Source: Bdellovibrionota bacterium
GTDB lineage: Bacteria; Bdellovibrionota_C; UBA2361; CALJRW01
Direction of reading: 5' to 3'
DNA: 64,000 bases
Assembly: GCA_041740355.1 (NCBI GenBank)
Contig: JBGSMD010000046.1
Location: 19,950 to 83,949, forward strand
A program made the position numbers and the translations under genes. Under the pieces are notes generated by a model. The model ran no database searches. It saw only the letters and a program-made list of their open reading frames with translations, and was not told where the DNA came from. Shown here in pieces: positions 48,705 to 58,469 of this stretch. Numbering within the stretch: position 1 is the stretch's first letter; each line of letters opens with the position of its first letter.

Positions 48705-49988
48705 ATGAGTACAAATGAATCCAATTTAGAAGTTTCTGAGAATGGAGGTTTTCTTACAAAACTACCAGCGATGCTTAGGATAGCTGGTGCTGGGGCAGTC
48801 GTCCTAGCAACTGTAACATTTTTAGTGCAAAGTTTAGATTTTGAATCACCACTAAATCGAATCTTAAATTTTGCATATCTGTTACTAGCTGTCTTTGGAT
48901 TAGGTATTGTCTGTAAGCTAATAATCCAAGAAATTAAAAGTACAAAAGTCAGTATGAGTCTGGGACTAGGAATGGTCCCAGTAATTGCTCTTCAATTAGG
49001 AGCTGTAATTTATACTACTGTAACTGATTTAACAAAAGTTTACCCAAAATATTTAGCATACGATGGATTTGAAAATAATTTTCAAATATTTTTAGCAAGT
49101 GCTGGGATTTTGATTTTTGCAGGATTGACCATTGCTGCGATTAAAAGCTTAAGTAGCTTTAATGAAAAACCTTTTAGTAAATACTATTTACTTGGCTTGC
49201 TTACTTTAATGTTGCCACTGCGAGGGAATTTATTCACATTAATTCTTGCGGGTATTATATTACTAATTTGTACGTGGCAAGAAAGGGCCTATTTTCAAAA
49301 AGATTTGGCATATCAATCAAAAGAAGCGGCCTATCTAAGATTTTTACTTTTCGTGCCGGCTTTAATTATCTTGTTAAGAAACGTTGTGCTTTATGCAGAA
49401 GGTAATCTTAGCTTGAGTTTAGTTTTTGCAGGCTTTGCAGTAATTTTTGGTTTAGTTACAAGTCATCTAAAGCCAGAATATTTTGTTAAATCAAAATTAG
49501 TAGCAATCTCATGTGTGCTGACTTCTTGGATACTTTTAGTATCGGAATTAGATCAAACAATTTTTGTTGATTATCGCTTTTATGTTGGATACTTACCAGC
49601 AATTTTGTACTGCTTAAATTTACAAGAACGTTTTCCTAGTGGAAAAAGTTTTCTAAATTTTTTAGCTAATGTTGGATTTGTGCTGATGATTGCTTCTCAA
49701 CAAACAATAAATGGGGGAATGTTAGATACGTCAATTGCCTTAGCTCTTTGTATCTTAGGAGCTGGATATGCTTGGACAGTTAAAGATAAATTAACATTAT
49801 TTATTAGTTCAGCTACGTTTGTCTGCTTATTAACAAGCTATTGGGATTTAGTATTAAGTTTGTATAAATTAAATCCTTGGATGTTTATGGGAATAGCTGG
49901 AGTAAGCACTATCCTGGTGGCTTCCTATTTGGAAAAAAATCTCGATAAAGTTAAAGCTGTAGTAGGAGTGTTTAAGGTTAATAAATAG
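48705..49988 (+). CDS. Polytopic membrane protein of unknown function
   Basis: A 427-aa protein with about 12 predicted TM helices. Confidence 0.5.
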   Translation: MSTNESNLEVSENGGFLTKLPAMLRIAGAGAVVLATVTFLVQSLDFESPLNRILNFAYLLLAVFGLGIVCKLIIQEIKSTKVSMSLGLGMVPVIALQLGAVIYTTVTDLTKVYPKYLAYDGFENNFQIFLASAGILIFAGLTIAAIKSLSSFNEKPFSKYYLLGLLTLMLPLRGNLFTLILAGIILLICTWQERAYFQKDLAYQSKEAAYLRFLLFVPALIILLRNVVLYAEGNLSLSLVFAGFAVIFGLVTSHLKPEYFVKSKLVAISCVLTSWILLVSELDQTIFVDYRFYVGYLPAILYCLNLQERFPSGKSFLNFLANVGFVLMIASQQTINGGMLDTSIALALCILGAGYAWTVKDKLTLFISSATFVCLLTSYWDLVLSLYKLNPWMFMGIAGVSTILVASYLEKNLDKVKAVVGVFKVNK

Positions 49989-50047
49989 TTATTATTGTAA
50001 GCACCAGCCCCCTCTCGGGGGCATTTTACTCAAACAAATTATTTCCA

Positions 50048-50830
50048 TTAAAGGAGCGACTTTAATTGTTTTAGCATGCTAGCATAACTTTCTGTTTGCT
50101 TTTGCCAGATGAAAGTTTCCCTATTTTTTGAACCGCTTGTAAGTTCTGTAATTCTTAAATCGGCTGGTATCTCGGAAATTAATTTGGTTAAAGGTTTTTG
50201 ACTATTTAAATTGTAGGGATGCTGCTTCTCCAGAATCTGAGTGATTTGGTCAGCGTCTTTTTTCTCTCTGATTAGCTTTTCAGCTAATAAAATTGCCTTT
50301 TGATTTGATACAATTTTATCTTTTAGTAATTCCAAATGCTTCTCTAATTTTTGAATTTGTCTTTTGACTAAAGCTTGATAATTTAAAAGTCGATTTATCT
50401 CTAATTGCATGCCCGGGGGAAATTCTAAGCCTTCGGCTTTAATTAAATCAATTATCTTATTGGAATAATTGGCAATAAAATAACAAATGAACAGTAGTTC
50501 ATCATGCTGATAAGGATGTTTTTGCTCTGTTAACAAACGAATACTTTCAATCAGCCCAACTCGGGTCAACTTGTAGCGAGGTTGTTTCTGGCGTGTTGAT
50601 TTTTTAATATTTCCTTCAGTTTCTAAGAATTCAAGAAATCGTAGAATTTGTGTGTTGTGGATCAACTCTAGCCCATCAGTAAATGGTGAATTCATCCAGT
50701 CTAGAAAAAGATCAAGATAAAACTTTAAATCTCGTTGACGGAAACCTTCATTAGCATAACAGGCGTGAGCTGTAATTGTTGCTGCTAGTAGATAAGTTTT
50801 AAGTCTTAAGGGTAGTGATTCTCCGCGCAT
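50048..50830 (-). CDS. Hypothetical protein
   Basis: A 260-aa ORF with coding-like composition and no recognisable domain. Confidence 0.45.
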   Translation of the reverse strand: MRGESLPLRLKTYLLAATITAHACYANEGFRQRDLKFYLDLFLDWMNSPFTDGLELIHNTQILRFLEFLETEGNIKKSTRQKQPRYKLTRVGLIESIRLLTEQKHPYQHDELLFICYFIANYSNKIIDLIKAEGLEFPPGMQLEINRLLNYQALVKRQIQKLEKHLELLKDKIVSNQKAILLAEKLIREKKDADQITQILEKQHPYNLNSQKPLTKLISEIPADLRITELTSGSKNRETFIWQKQTESYASMLKQLKSLL

Positions 50831-50952
50831 GCTGATTATTAATAAAGAGAGATTGAAAGCTTGTTCTCTTACTAGTATTGTCTATTGTAGCTTCGGTGGA
50901 AACAGTAATTTTTCCTATCGCCGGATGTTTACTTGTAATTTTATCTCTGCAA

Positions 50953-51606
50953 ATGATTAAAAATTTAGGGACTTCAGCTTCGCTAGTTAGTGAATATATT
51001 TCTGAACTTAGAAATATTGAAATTCAAAATGATCGCTTAAGATTTCGCAGGAACCTGGAACGACTGGGATCGATTTTTGCCTATGAAATTAGCAAAGAGC
51101 TTTCTTATCGTAAGAAAAAAATTACTACACCACTCGCTGTTGCCGAGTGTCAGTGTTTAATCGAGCAACCAGTATTAGCAACAATTTTGAGAGCAGGTAT
51201 TCCATTTTATCAAGGAATGCTGAATTTCTTCGATCAGGCTGATAGTGCTTTTATTTCTTCGCACCGAGTCTATAGCGAAGATCACTTAAAATTTCAGATT
51301 AAACTTGAATCTTTGTCCTGTCCAAAACTAGCAGATCGAGTCTTTATTATTGTTGATCCAATGTTAGCGACTGGGTCATCTTTGATTGATTCCTTGGAGG
51401 AGGTTTTTAAAATTGGAAAACCTAAAGAAGTACATATCGCTGCTATTATTGCGTCGGAGCAAGGAATCAAAAATTTAATTGCGAAGTATCCTGATTTTAC
51501 TATTTGGGTTGGAGCGATTGATCCTGAGCTAAATGCCAGTTCCTACATCGTCCCAGGACTAGGGGATGTGGGAGATTTAGCTTTTGGAGCTAAGCTGCAA
51601 AACTAG
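50953..51606 (+). CDS. upp: Uracil phosphoribosyltransferase
   Basis: PRPP site VFIIVDPMLATGSS and the C-terminal YIVPGLGDVGDLAFGAK. The start was moved to MIKNLG (50953) to match family length. Confidence 0.85.
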   Translation: MIKNLGTSASLVSEYISELRNIEIQNDRLRFRRNLERLGSIFAYEISKELSYRKKKITTPLAVAECQCLIEQPVLATILRAGIPFYQGMLNFFDQADSAFISSHRVYSEDHLKFQIKLESLSCPKLADRVFIIVDPMLATGSSLIDSLEEVFKIGKPKEVHIAAIIASEQGIKNLIAKYPDFTIWVGAIDPELNASSYIVPGLGDVGDLAFGAKLQN

Positions 51607-51751
51607 TTAATCTTCCGCCCTAAAATCCCAAATCTTTTTACTATATTCATTAGAACTTAAATAAATAGCTCAAGGAAGTGAGTCTAATCACCGATTATCA
51701 AAGAGCATTACTAATAATTTTAGTTAGTAAGGTCTTTTAAATGATTTTATT

Positions 51752-52120
51752 ATGAACAGTCCGCAGCAAGATCGAGGCAAATCATTAGTTGCAAAGCTGG
51801 CCGATATACCTCCGGTTGGTGAGTTCGTTCCAGATGTTTCTCAGCCCTTTGTGATTTTTGAGATTAAAGATCAAATTTATCTACGATTTGGAAATAGCTC
51901 CCATGCGGGGGTAATGCTGGCCTTTCAGGCCGAAATTGCAGAAAAAGGATTGAAGTATACTGCCTTTGATCAGGCAATGGGACAAGGTTTTACTCATGGG
52001 GAAAAAGATGTTTTGGTGCTAAAGATTAAAGTAGCTTCCGGATTATTAGATCTAGATGAGGTAAATAGGATGTTAATTACTAACCTCCCTGCCGGATCGT
52101 TTTTATTAAAAGAGGATTAA
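51752..52120 (+). CDS. Hypothetical protein
   Basis: A 122-aa ORF with no recognisable domain. Confidence 0.4.
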   Translation: MNSPQQDRGKSLVAKLADIPPVGEFVPDVSQPFVIFEIKDQIYLRFGNSSHAGVMLAFQAEIAEKGLKYTAFDQAMGQGFTHGEKDVLVLKIKVASGLLDLDEVNRMLITNLPAGSFLLKED

Positions 52121-52241
52121 TTTAATCACTTCTAGCTCCACGTAAGATTAGTGTAGTAGGAGGATTAGCTTTCTCACAATTGCTCACACATTGTGTCGTC
52201 TCAACAACAGTTCCACCACAAGCAACATAGCAAGTATTATA

Positions 52242-52300
52242 GAAAGCCCCAAAAAGTAGTTTCCTTTCGTAAATTACTTTTTGAACTTTCTATATATGAA
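52242..52300 (+). repeat. Copy E of the AT-hairpin intergenic repeat family
   Basis: gaaagccccaaaaagtagtttcctttcgtaaattactttttgaactttcta. Confidence 0.6.
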
Positions 52301-52539
52301 TACTGCTTATTTGCTTCGCAGATATCGTAATTCCTTAAGGCGCAATCCTCACAATTTTGATAGCGCTGTTCTTCATTCCACTCTCATTGTTGTTGATTAC
52401 TTTGACATTGATTAAGGCAAGAGTTGCCCTTAATATCACTTGGCGGCGAATATTAATGACTAGTTTGTTAAACAGGTCCACAAGCAAGGATTGTGATAAC
52501 AGCTAGTAATAGGAATGAATTAAGCCTTAAGTTTAGCAT

Positions 52540-52790
52540 ATATAGTAAACCCAAAAATGGATTTCCGATAAATAGATTAACTAAGACTTTTGCTGACCCT
52601 GATATTTTTTACCCTGAAGTAATTTAAGGATCTAAGTTTATAGATAAACCTATGGTTTAACTCTGTTTTTTAAAGTTGGGTTTACTATTCGTCTTTTGGC
52701 TCCCACTGGTCGCTTCTATAGTCATGATCTGTTTTATAATTTCCTAACGGAAATTATTTATTGGGATGACTATAGTAAACCTAGCAATTT
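52540..52790. promoter_or_regulatory. Array of ATAGTAAACC direct/inverted repeats and nested palindromes in the sodC 5' region
   Basis: atatagtaaaccc at about 52543. gggtttactat (inverted) at about 52680. tctatagtcatgatc ... ggatgactatagtaaacc at about 52716-52786, flanking the hairpin aatttcctaacggaaatt. Confidence 0.45.
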
Positions 52791-52872
52791 TTAAGTGAAA
52801 AATCAGTAGCTATTTTCAAATCATTACTAACGGCTTAAACTAATTGTTAGAAAGTTTATTTTGAGAAAATCC

Positions 52873-53376
52873 ATGCGCATCTATATACCAATATTATTGT
52901 TACTTTTAAGCAATTCTTTATTTGCTGAGACTTCTTCGGCTGTTTCTGAGCTTAAAGGTTTGGGGAATGAAATTACAGGCACGGTTAGTTTTACTAAAGC
53001 TGTTCCAACAGGCGTTGATGTGAAAATTGATATTTCTGGTGTTACTCCTGGAGAACATGGTTTTCATATTCATCAATTTGGTGACTGTTCTGCCCTTGAT
53101 GGTACGTCTGCTGGAGGACATTTTTCAGTTGGAGATCATCAGCATTCACACCGCGAAGCTGCAAGTCGTCATGTTGGAGATTTAGGTAATCTCCTTGCAG
53201 ATAAAGATGGAAATATTAAAGTTACATTTAACGATCCGCAGATTGAGCTAAATGGAGAAAAAAGTATTGTTGGGCGGGGCCTAATATTACATGCTGACGC
53301 GGATGATTTTAAAACACAACCGACTGGTAATTCTGGTGCAAGGATTGCTTGTGGTGTAATTGGAATTAAGAACTAA
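52873..53376 (+). CDS. sodC: Periplasmic Cu/Zn superoxide dismutase
   Basis: Signal peptide. HGFHIHQFGDCS, GGHF, HVGDLGNL, and the C-terminal ARIACGVI. Confidence 0.9.
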   Translation: MRIYIPILLLLLSNSLFAETSSAVSELKGLGNEITGTVSFTKAVPTGVDVKIDISGVTPGEHGFHIHQFGDCSALDGTSAGGHFSVGDHQHSHREAASRHVGDLGNLLADKDGNIKVTFNDPQIELNGEKSIVGRGLILHADADDFKTQPTGNSGARIACGVIGIKN

Positions 53377-53491
53377 GCATAATTCTTGATTCCATGTGAT
53401 CGATAGTAAAGCCTAGAATGAATTTCCGAAAAACTAATTCGGAAATTCCTTTCTAGGACTATCTATTGCTAGCGGAGTAGTTCTAAGTGGC

Positions 53492-54550
53492 TCACTTGGA
53501 ATCTGTTTTTTTATATCCAACAAGTTCAACATAAGCCTGTCCGGTGACTTGATTGCTTTGATAGACAAGACTTCTTCCTTCCCAGTATGTTACACTTAAA
53601 TCTTTACTGGTAAATTCTTGATTGGCTAAAGTAGGCTTAATTGTTAGATCGAGATTAAACTTGGGTACCTTTATCTTCCAGAGTGCCGGATAAGAAATCT
53701 GCGTTTCGCTACTTTTCCAATAATCTAAGACCTCAATTTGATAATCATTAAGATCTAAATTTTCTTTAATACCAGAATGATTGATGAATGACCCTTTAGA
53801 ATAATTCGTAACATTTCCAGCAGCGTCTTTTAAATAGTACAACATGAGTTCAGTATTATTATCTAACTGAATTGCAAACCAATCCCAGCCGGCTTCTTGT
53901 CGATTAACAGTTTTGCCCATTACCTCATGGTCCATCCAGACCTTAGCAGTGATCGGATAATTTTGATGATTTAAAATTAACTCGCCTTCGCCTTGAAGGT
54001 TACTAAAGCTCGTGTACAACGAGGCACTCCCGTTCTCTTTACTTTTAGCACTGAATCCATCTGCCCCTTGGAGAATCACCGGTTTCTTTGGTTGGAGGAC
54101 TAGGTTAAGTTGATAATTTGGTAAGTTAATAGAAAGACTTAGTTGATCCTTAATCAGCTTGATTCGATGATTTAAAGCAGAGATATCTAGAGTTTCCGAC
54201 GAGCTTTTAACTAAATCAAAATTTTCTCTAATTAATTCTTCTTGATGATAATATTTATTATCCTGATCGTCTGTTAACGCTGTATGTACGATGAAGACAT
54301 TCTTTGATTTCCAAGGCGAATCACTAACTCTAAAATCATCAAGACCTACTCTAAAAACTGTTATCTCGAAGCCAAAAGTTCTGTTTTCATTAGCAGTTAA
54401 ATGTCCAGTAAAATACCACCACTCCATCGGATAGTTGTCATGACTACCGTGGTCTTTTGGAAAACTGAATTGATAGTCAGGTTTCACAGTTTGATATTCA
54501 GCAAGACAATTGCTTGATAATAATATTATAAATAATATACGTAATAACAT
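53492..54550 (-). CDS. AttH-like lipocalin/CrtC-family secreted protein
   Basis: Signal peptide. FPKDHGSHDNYPMEWWYFTGHL...FGFEITVFRVG is the AttH/CrtC signature. It lies adjacent to a MacB-type ABC exporter. Confidence 0.75.
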   Translation of the reverse strand: MLLRILFIILLSSNCLAEYQTVKPDYQFSFPKDHGSHDNYPMEWWYFTGHLTANENRTFGFEITVFRVGLDDFRVSDSPWKSKNVFIVHTALTDDQDNKYYHQEELIRENFDLVKSSSETLDISALNHRIKLIKDQLSLSINLPNYQLNLVLQPKKPVILQGADGFSAKSKENGSASLYTSFSNLQGEGELILNHQNYPITAKVWMDHEVMGKTVNRQEAGWDWFAIQLDNNTELMLYYLKDAAGNVTNYSKGSFINHSGIKENLDLNDYQIEVLDYWKSSETQISYPALWKIKVPKFNLDLTIKPTLANQEFTSKDLSVTYWEGRSLVYQSNQVTGQAYVELVGYKKTDSK

Positions 54551-54551
54551 C

Positions 54552-56954
54552 TTATTCGAATTTAAGTTGAGTAGAATCAGTTTTAAATTTTAAAAATCTA
54601 ATTGCATAAGCAAGAAGCAAGGGAATCGTAATAATTCCAGTAATTAGTTTAAGTGAGGTTTGAAATTTAATACTCCAGCCAAAATAATTAGGATTAACAA
54701 TAAATACTAAATAGTAAGCAAATAATAAGCCCAGAGTAACGCCAAGTAAGATGCTTAAACCGACAATCAACAATGATTCAAAACTAATAATTTTAGAAAT
54801 CTGTTTGGAATTAGCACCGATCGCTTTTAAAGCAGCAAAGTTTCTTGCTTGATCAATGAGTAGTAATTTAAGATTTGTAATTAGATTGAGTAAAGAAATA
54901 ATTAAGCTAATTAGTAGAATATTATAAGTTAAACTGAAAGTACTATCAAAAATTTCTAAAATTTCCTGCTTTATTTTTTGATTATTAGTAACTAAAAACT
55001 TCATCTCCGACTTAGCTAATTGATTGATAAATTGATTAACTTTCTCTGGGCTTTTTGAAGACTTATTAAGAAAAATTGAAACAACATTAGGTTGTTGCTG
55101 CTTAGTAATATCACTAAACTTTTGAAAGTTAATAGTGACTGTTCCGAACTCTGATTTGTAGTCAATGTAGCTTCCCAGGATTTTAAATTTGACTAGTTTA
55201 TTTTGAAAACTAAAACTAATTTGATCGTTAACATGCAACTTATGTTTTCTTAGAAAATTTTCAGAGACAAAAGCTCCATTAGGATTAATCTTTTTGGGTA
55301 GCTTTTCTTTGAAAACGTATTTTTCTGTTAGGTTTATAAAGGGAGTACCAATTAATGTTACAGGTTGATTGTTATATTCCAGATCAAGAAACGTAGCATA
55401 ATCGATACTCTCAATCTCAGGATTTTTTAATAGTTCTTCTAGGAAACTATTGGGAAAATATGCTTGATCCTGAGTCATGAAGTTTTTGGACATTGTTAGA
55501 TAAACATCGGCATTAATAACTTTGTTAATCCACTGGTCTACTGTCACACGAAAGCTGAAAATCATTGTGCCAATTCCTACAATCATCGCAACAGAAATAC
55601 TAATTGCAGCAATCGTGGCGGATTGTCGTTTTAAATTTGAGCTAAAATGATCAAAAACATAGGCAGTCGTTAAATTCCAACTTTTAGCAGGTAAGAGCTT
55701 AATAAGACTTGGAAGGATTAGAATTAAACTCAGAATAATTAAACTAGGCGGAACAAATAACCATAAGTCTTTTAACTCGAAGATAATTGGTATTGCCGCA
55801 ATAAACAATAAAACTAAGCCTAAATAAAAATATCCTGGTACCTTATTACTAAATATTTGTTCTGAATTTTCTTTGGAGAGACTATACTTTATTGATAATT
55901 TTAAGGCCTCTCGGCTTGGTAAATAGCAGGCAACCAAGCCAGTAAAGAAAGTTGCCAAGCTAGTTAGTACGACTGTTTTCCAAGAAGGGAATAGCAATTG
56001 ATCATTTTGATATTTATACAAAGTTTCTAAAGAACGTTGAAAGTAGATTTGTGAAAAATTTGCTAAGCAGATACTAAAAATAATTCCTGTGAGAATTGCT
56101 GTCGTGATTATTAGGATCGCTTCGAGGTAGATGATCAATTGGATCTGTCTTGGTCTGGCACCTAGCGTTCTAAGAATTCCAAAATCTGGACCTCGAATAT
56201 TTGTGAGGTATGAAAAAATATTATAAATGATCAAAACACTTAAACCGATGGCAATTGCTGCCATGAAATTCAAATTCGCCCGCAGTGCTCTAGTTAAATC
56301 TGCTGCGGCTGATTTCATTTGAAAGTTATTCTTAACTGAGTAGTCATTGCCAAGAAAGCTGACTAGCTCTGCTTCCGAACATTCTCTGACAATTAAGTAG
56401 TCCACAGTTTCGTAATTTTTTGTGACATCTTGGAAGGTTGCGATGTCCGTAATAAAGTTGTTACTTTTAAGGAGATGACTAAAGTTCTTCTTGATCCGGA
56501 GGGGGCGGACATTTGCGCGTTGTTTATTGCCATCAATCTCCAAAAGCTCTTCTGTTGGATTAGGACTTAAGCTGTAGAATATTGGTAGATTGCTGAAATT
56601 CTCTTGCTGGGTGCTTAGGTTTAATAGAAAAAGATCCGTTCCAATTAAAGTTTTTGCAATTCGATTCTCAGTATAAATCGTTCTAGTACTAATAGGAGTG
56701 ATTAAGGAACTAGGAAATCTTCTTTTAATTTGAGAGTAGAGTTCATTTGCTACCGGTGCACCAGATAATGACCTAACTACTAACTGCTCATTTGTAAAAA
56801 GTAGGTTGGTTTCATTCTTATAGTTCTGAATAATATTTTCATTAATTGTTAATACTGTAGCTAAGATTGCGACCCCTAGCGTTAAGCTGATAATAGTTAG
56901 AAAATACTTAAAAATATTATGTCTGATATAGGAAAGGGCATAGAGTAATGGCAT
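54552..56954 (-). CDS. ABC transporter permease with two FtsX-like domains (MacB/AttF-AttG type)
   Basis: An 800-aa protein with two 4-TM FtsX-like blocks separated by periplasmic domains. Confidence 0.8.
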   Translation of the reverse strand: MPLLYALSYIRHNIFKYFLTIISLTLGVAILATVLTINENIIQNYKNETNLLFTNEQLVVRSLSGAPVANELYSQIKRRFPSSLITPISTRTIYTENRIAKTLIGTDLFLLNLSTQQENFSNLPIFYSLSPNPTEELLEIDGNKQRANVRPLRIKKNFSHLLKSNNFITDIATFQDVTKNYETVDYLIVRECSEAELVSFLGNDYSVKNNFQMKSAAADLTRALRANLNFMAAIAIGLSVLIIYNIFSYLTNIRGPDFGILRTLGARPRQIQLIIYLEAILIITTAILTGIIFSICLANFSQIYFQRSLETLYKYQNDQLLFPSWKTVVLTSLATFFTGLVACYLPSREALKLSIKYSLSKENSEQIFSNKVPGYFYLGLVLLFIAAIPIIFELKDLWLFVPPSLIILSLILILPSLIKLLPAKSWNLTTAYVFDHFSSNLKRQSATIAAISISVAMIVGIGTMIFSFRVTVDQWINKVINADVYLTMSKNFMTQDQAYFPNSFLEELLKNPEIESIDYATFLDLEYNNQPVTLIGTPFINLTEKYVFKEKLPKKINPNGAFVSENFLRKHKLHVNDQISFSFQNKLVKFKILGSYIDYKSEFGTVTINFQKFSDITKQQQPNVVSIFLNKSSKSPEKVNQFINQLAKSEMKFLVTNNQKIKQEILEIFDSTFSLTYNILLISLIISLLNLITNLKLLLIDQARNFAALKAIGANSKQISKIISFESLLIVGLSILLGVTLGLLFAYYLVFIVNPNYFGWSIKFQTSLKLITGIITIPLLLAYAIRFLKFKTDSTQLKFE

Positions 56955-57598
56955 TAGGCTTGGAGTTGATAATCCTTTAAATGCACAATCTGATCTGCAA
57001 AGGATATTAATTCTTGGTTATGGGTGACAACAATTACAGTCTTCTTTTCTTCAACTGCTAGCTTTTTAAGAATTGTCATTACTTGATATGAGTTCTCCGT
57101 ATCTAAATTGCCTGTTGGCTCATCGGCTATAATAATATCTGGGTTGTTTATTAATGCTCGGGCAATAGCAGCTCTTTGAAGTTCGCCTCCTGAAACTTGA
57201 TGAGGAAAAGAATCAGCAAGCTGATCAATACCGAGGGTCTTCATTAACTTAAGGGCGTTATCAGTATTTGCAGGACCAACTAAATAACTTGGAAGTAGAA
57301 TATTTTTTTTAATACTTAAAGAGTTCAAGAAATTAAAAAATTGAAAAACAATTCCAAAATTATTAGCACGAATTACAGCCAACTTATCTTCAGATAATTG
57401 GTTAATATTTTCTGATTTAAATGAAACTTCACCTTTGTCCGGCAGATCTAATCCTGTAACCAAATTTAATAAGGTGCTTTTTCCAGAACCACTAGGACCA
57501 AAAATTAAATACAATTTTTGCGCCTCAAAAGTAAACGTCAGATTATTAAGTACCTGACGTTTACCATAAGACTTAGAAACAGCTATGAGTTGCAACAT
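56954..57598 (-). CDS. ABC transporter ATP-binding protein (LolD/MacB-type)
   Basis: Walker A GPSGSGKSTLLN, signature VSGGELQRAAIARAL, Walker B IIIADEPTGNLD. Confidence 0.9.
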   Translation of the reverse strand: MLQLIAVSKSYGKRQVLNNLTFTFEAQKLYLIFGPSGSGKSTLLNLVTGLDLPDKGEVSFKSENINQLSEDKLAVIRANNFGIVFQFFNFLNSLSIKKNILLPSYLVGPANTDNALKLMKTLGIDQLADSFPHQVSGGELQRAAIARALINNPDIIIADEPTGNLDTENSYQVMTILKKLAVEEKKTVIVVTHNQELISFADQIVHLKDYQLQA

Positions 57599-57822
57599 CC
57601 TGTTTTCTTTTCAGTTGAACAAGCTCCGCAACCTTTAGTGAAGTTTGCTAAACCCATAAAAGTCGGAGCCCAGAGTCCGACAAAAATTCCGAATCTTTCG
57701 GCATGCGCGATACTCTCAGCATCAGTACCTTTGCTAAGATACCAAATAGAAATCGAACCAATAATTGAAGCCATCGCTAAAATAACACAAAGTAGACTAA
57801 ATCTTTTACAACATGCTGACAT
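57583..57822 (-). CDS. Candidate small Cys-rich membrane protein, translationally coupled to the ABC ATPase gene
   Basis: A 79-aa protein with one TM helix and a C-terminal GCGACS...GCCNS Cys cluster. Its stop overlaps the ATPase start by 16 nt. Confidence 0.35.
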   Translation of the reverse strand: MSACCKRFSLLCVILAMASIIGSISIWYLSKGTDAESIAHAERFGIFVGLWAPTFMGLANFTKGCGACSTEKKTGCCNS

Positions 57823-57889
57823 AAATTTTCTCCTAATAGTAAAGATCTTTGAACTAAGACGTCTTAATCTTAATTTAATTACTAATAAC

Positions 57890-58021
57890 TTGATACCAGC
57901 AAAGATTTGTCAAAATTGTGGTCGATCATTTGATTTCCGCTCCAAGTGGAAGAATTGCTGGGAAGAGGTAAGATATTGTTCGGAAAAGTGTCGACAAGTA
58001 TATAGTAATGACAAAAAATAA
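57890..58021 (+). CDS. DUF2256-like zinc-ribbon small protein (TTG start)
   Basis: IPAKICQNCGRSFDFRSKWKNCWEEVRYCSEKCRQ matches the C-x2-C...YCS-x2-CR zinc ribbon of DUF2256. Only the last 43 codons of track ORF 57518..58021 look coding. Confidence 0.45.
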   Translation: MIPAKICQNCGRSFDFRSKWKNCWEEVRYCSEKCRQVYSNDKK

Positions 58022-58469
58022 TTTACTGCCTGCCTAGCCGAAGCTTCAGCGAAGGCTGGTTAGTAAATTAAACAGAGTCATTACGGCTAATGCAAATCTT
58101 GAATTCTTGTCGCGCCAAAGCAAAAGCTACGGCGGATATCCAAGTTTACATAGCTAAATGCAACATAAATAGTGAGTCCAAGCGAAATCCTTAGCTTTTT
58201 AAAGTAATTTATTATTTGGACTCACTATAAAGAGTCCAGAGTCAATTTTTGGAAGCAAGAGATATTAATAAGTTGTAACTCTAATACTTCAATTTGTCCC
58301 TCGCAAATTGCAAGAAAGGCTCTACCCGAGGCTTGAAAAGAGCACATGGAATTTTTGGGACAAGCTGCCCGTTTGCTTGTACACGAAGGAGATATCGTAA
58401 TACTTCAAGGTAATAAAATTGTGAATCCTAGCGAGTTTAAGGCACCAATACGATTAAAGTTAAAATAGT

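Noticed and set aside
57518-57889. N-terminal 124 codons of track ORF 57518..58021
   Set aside because: This part overlaps the ABC ATPase start and the small minus-strand ORF and has no coding-like features. Only the C-terminal zinc-ribbon part is retained (57890..58021).
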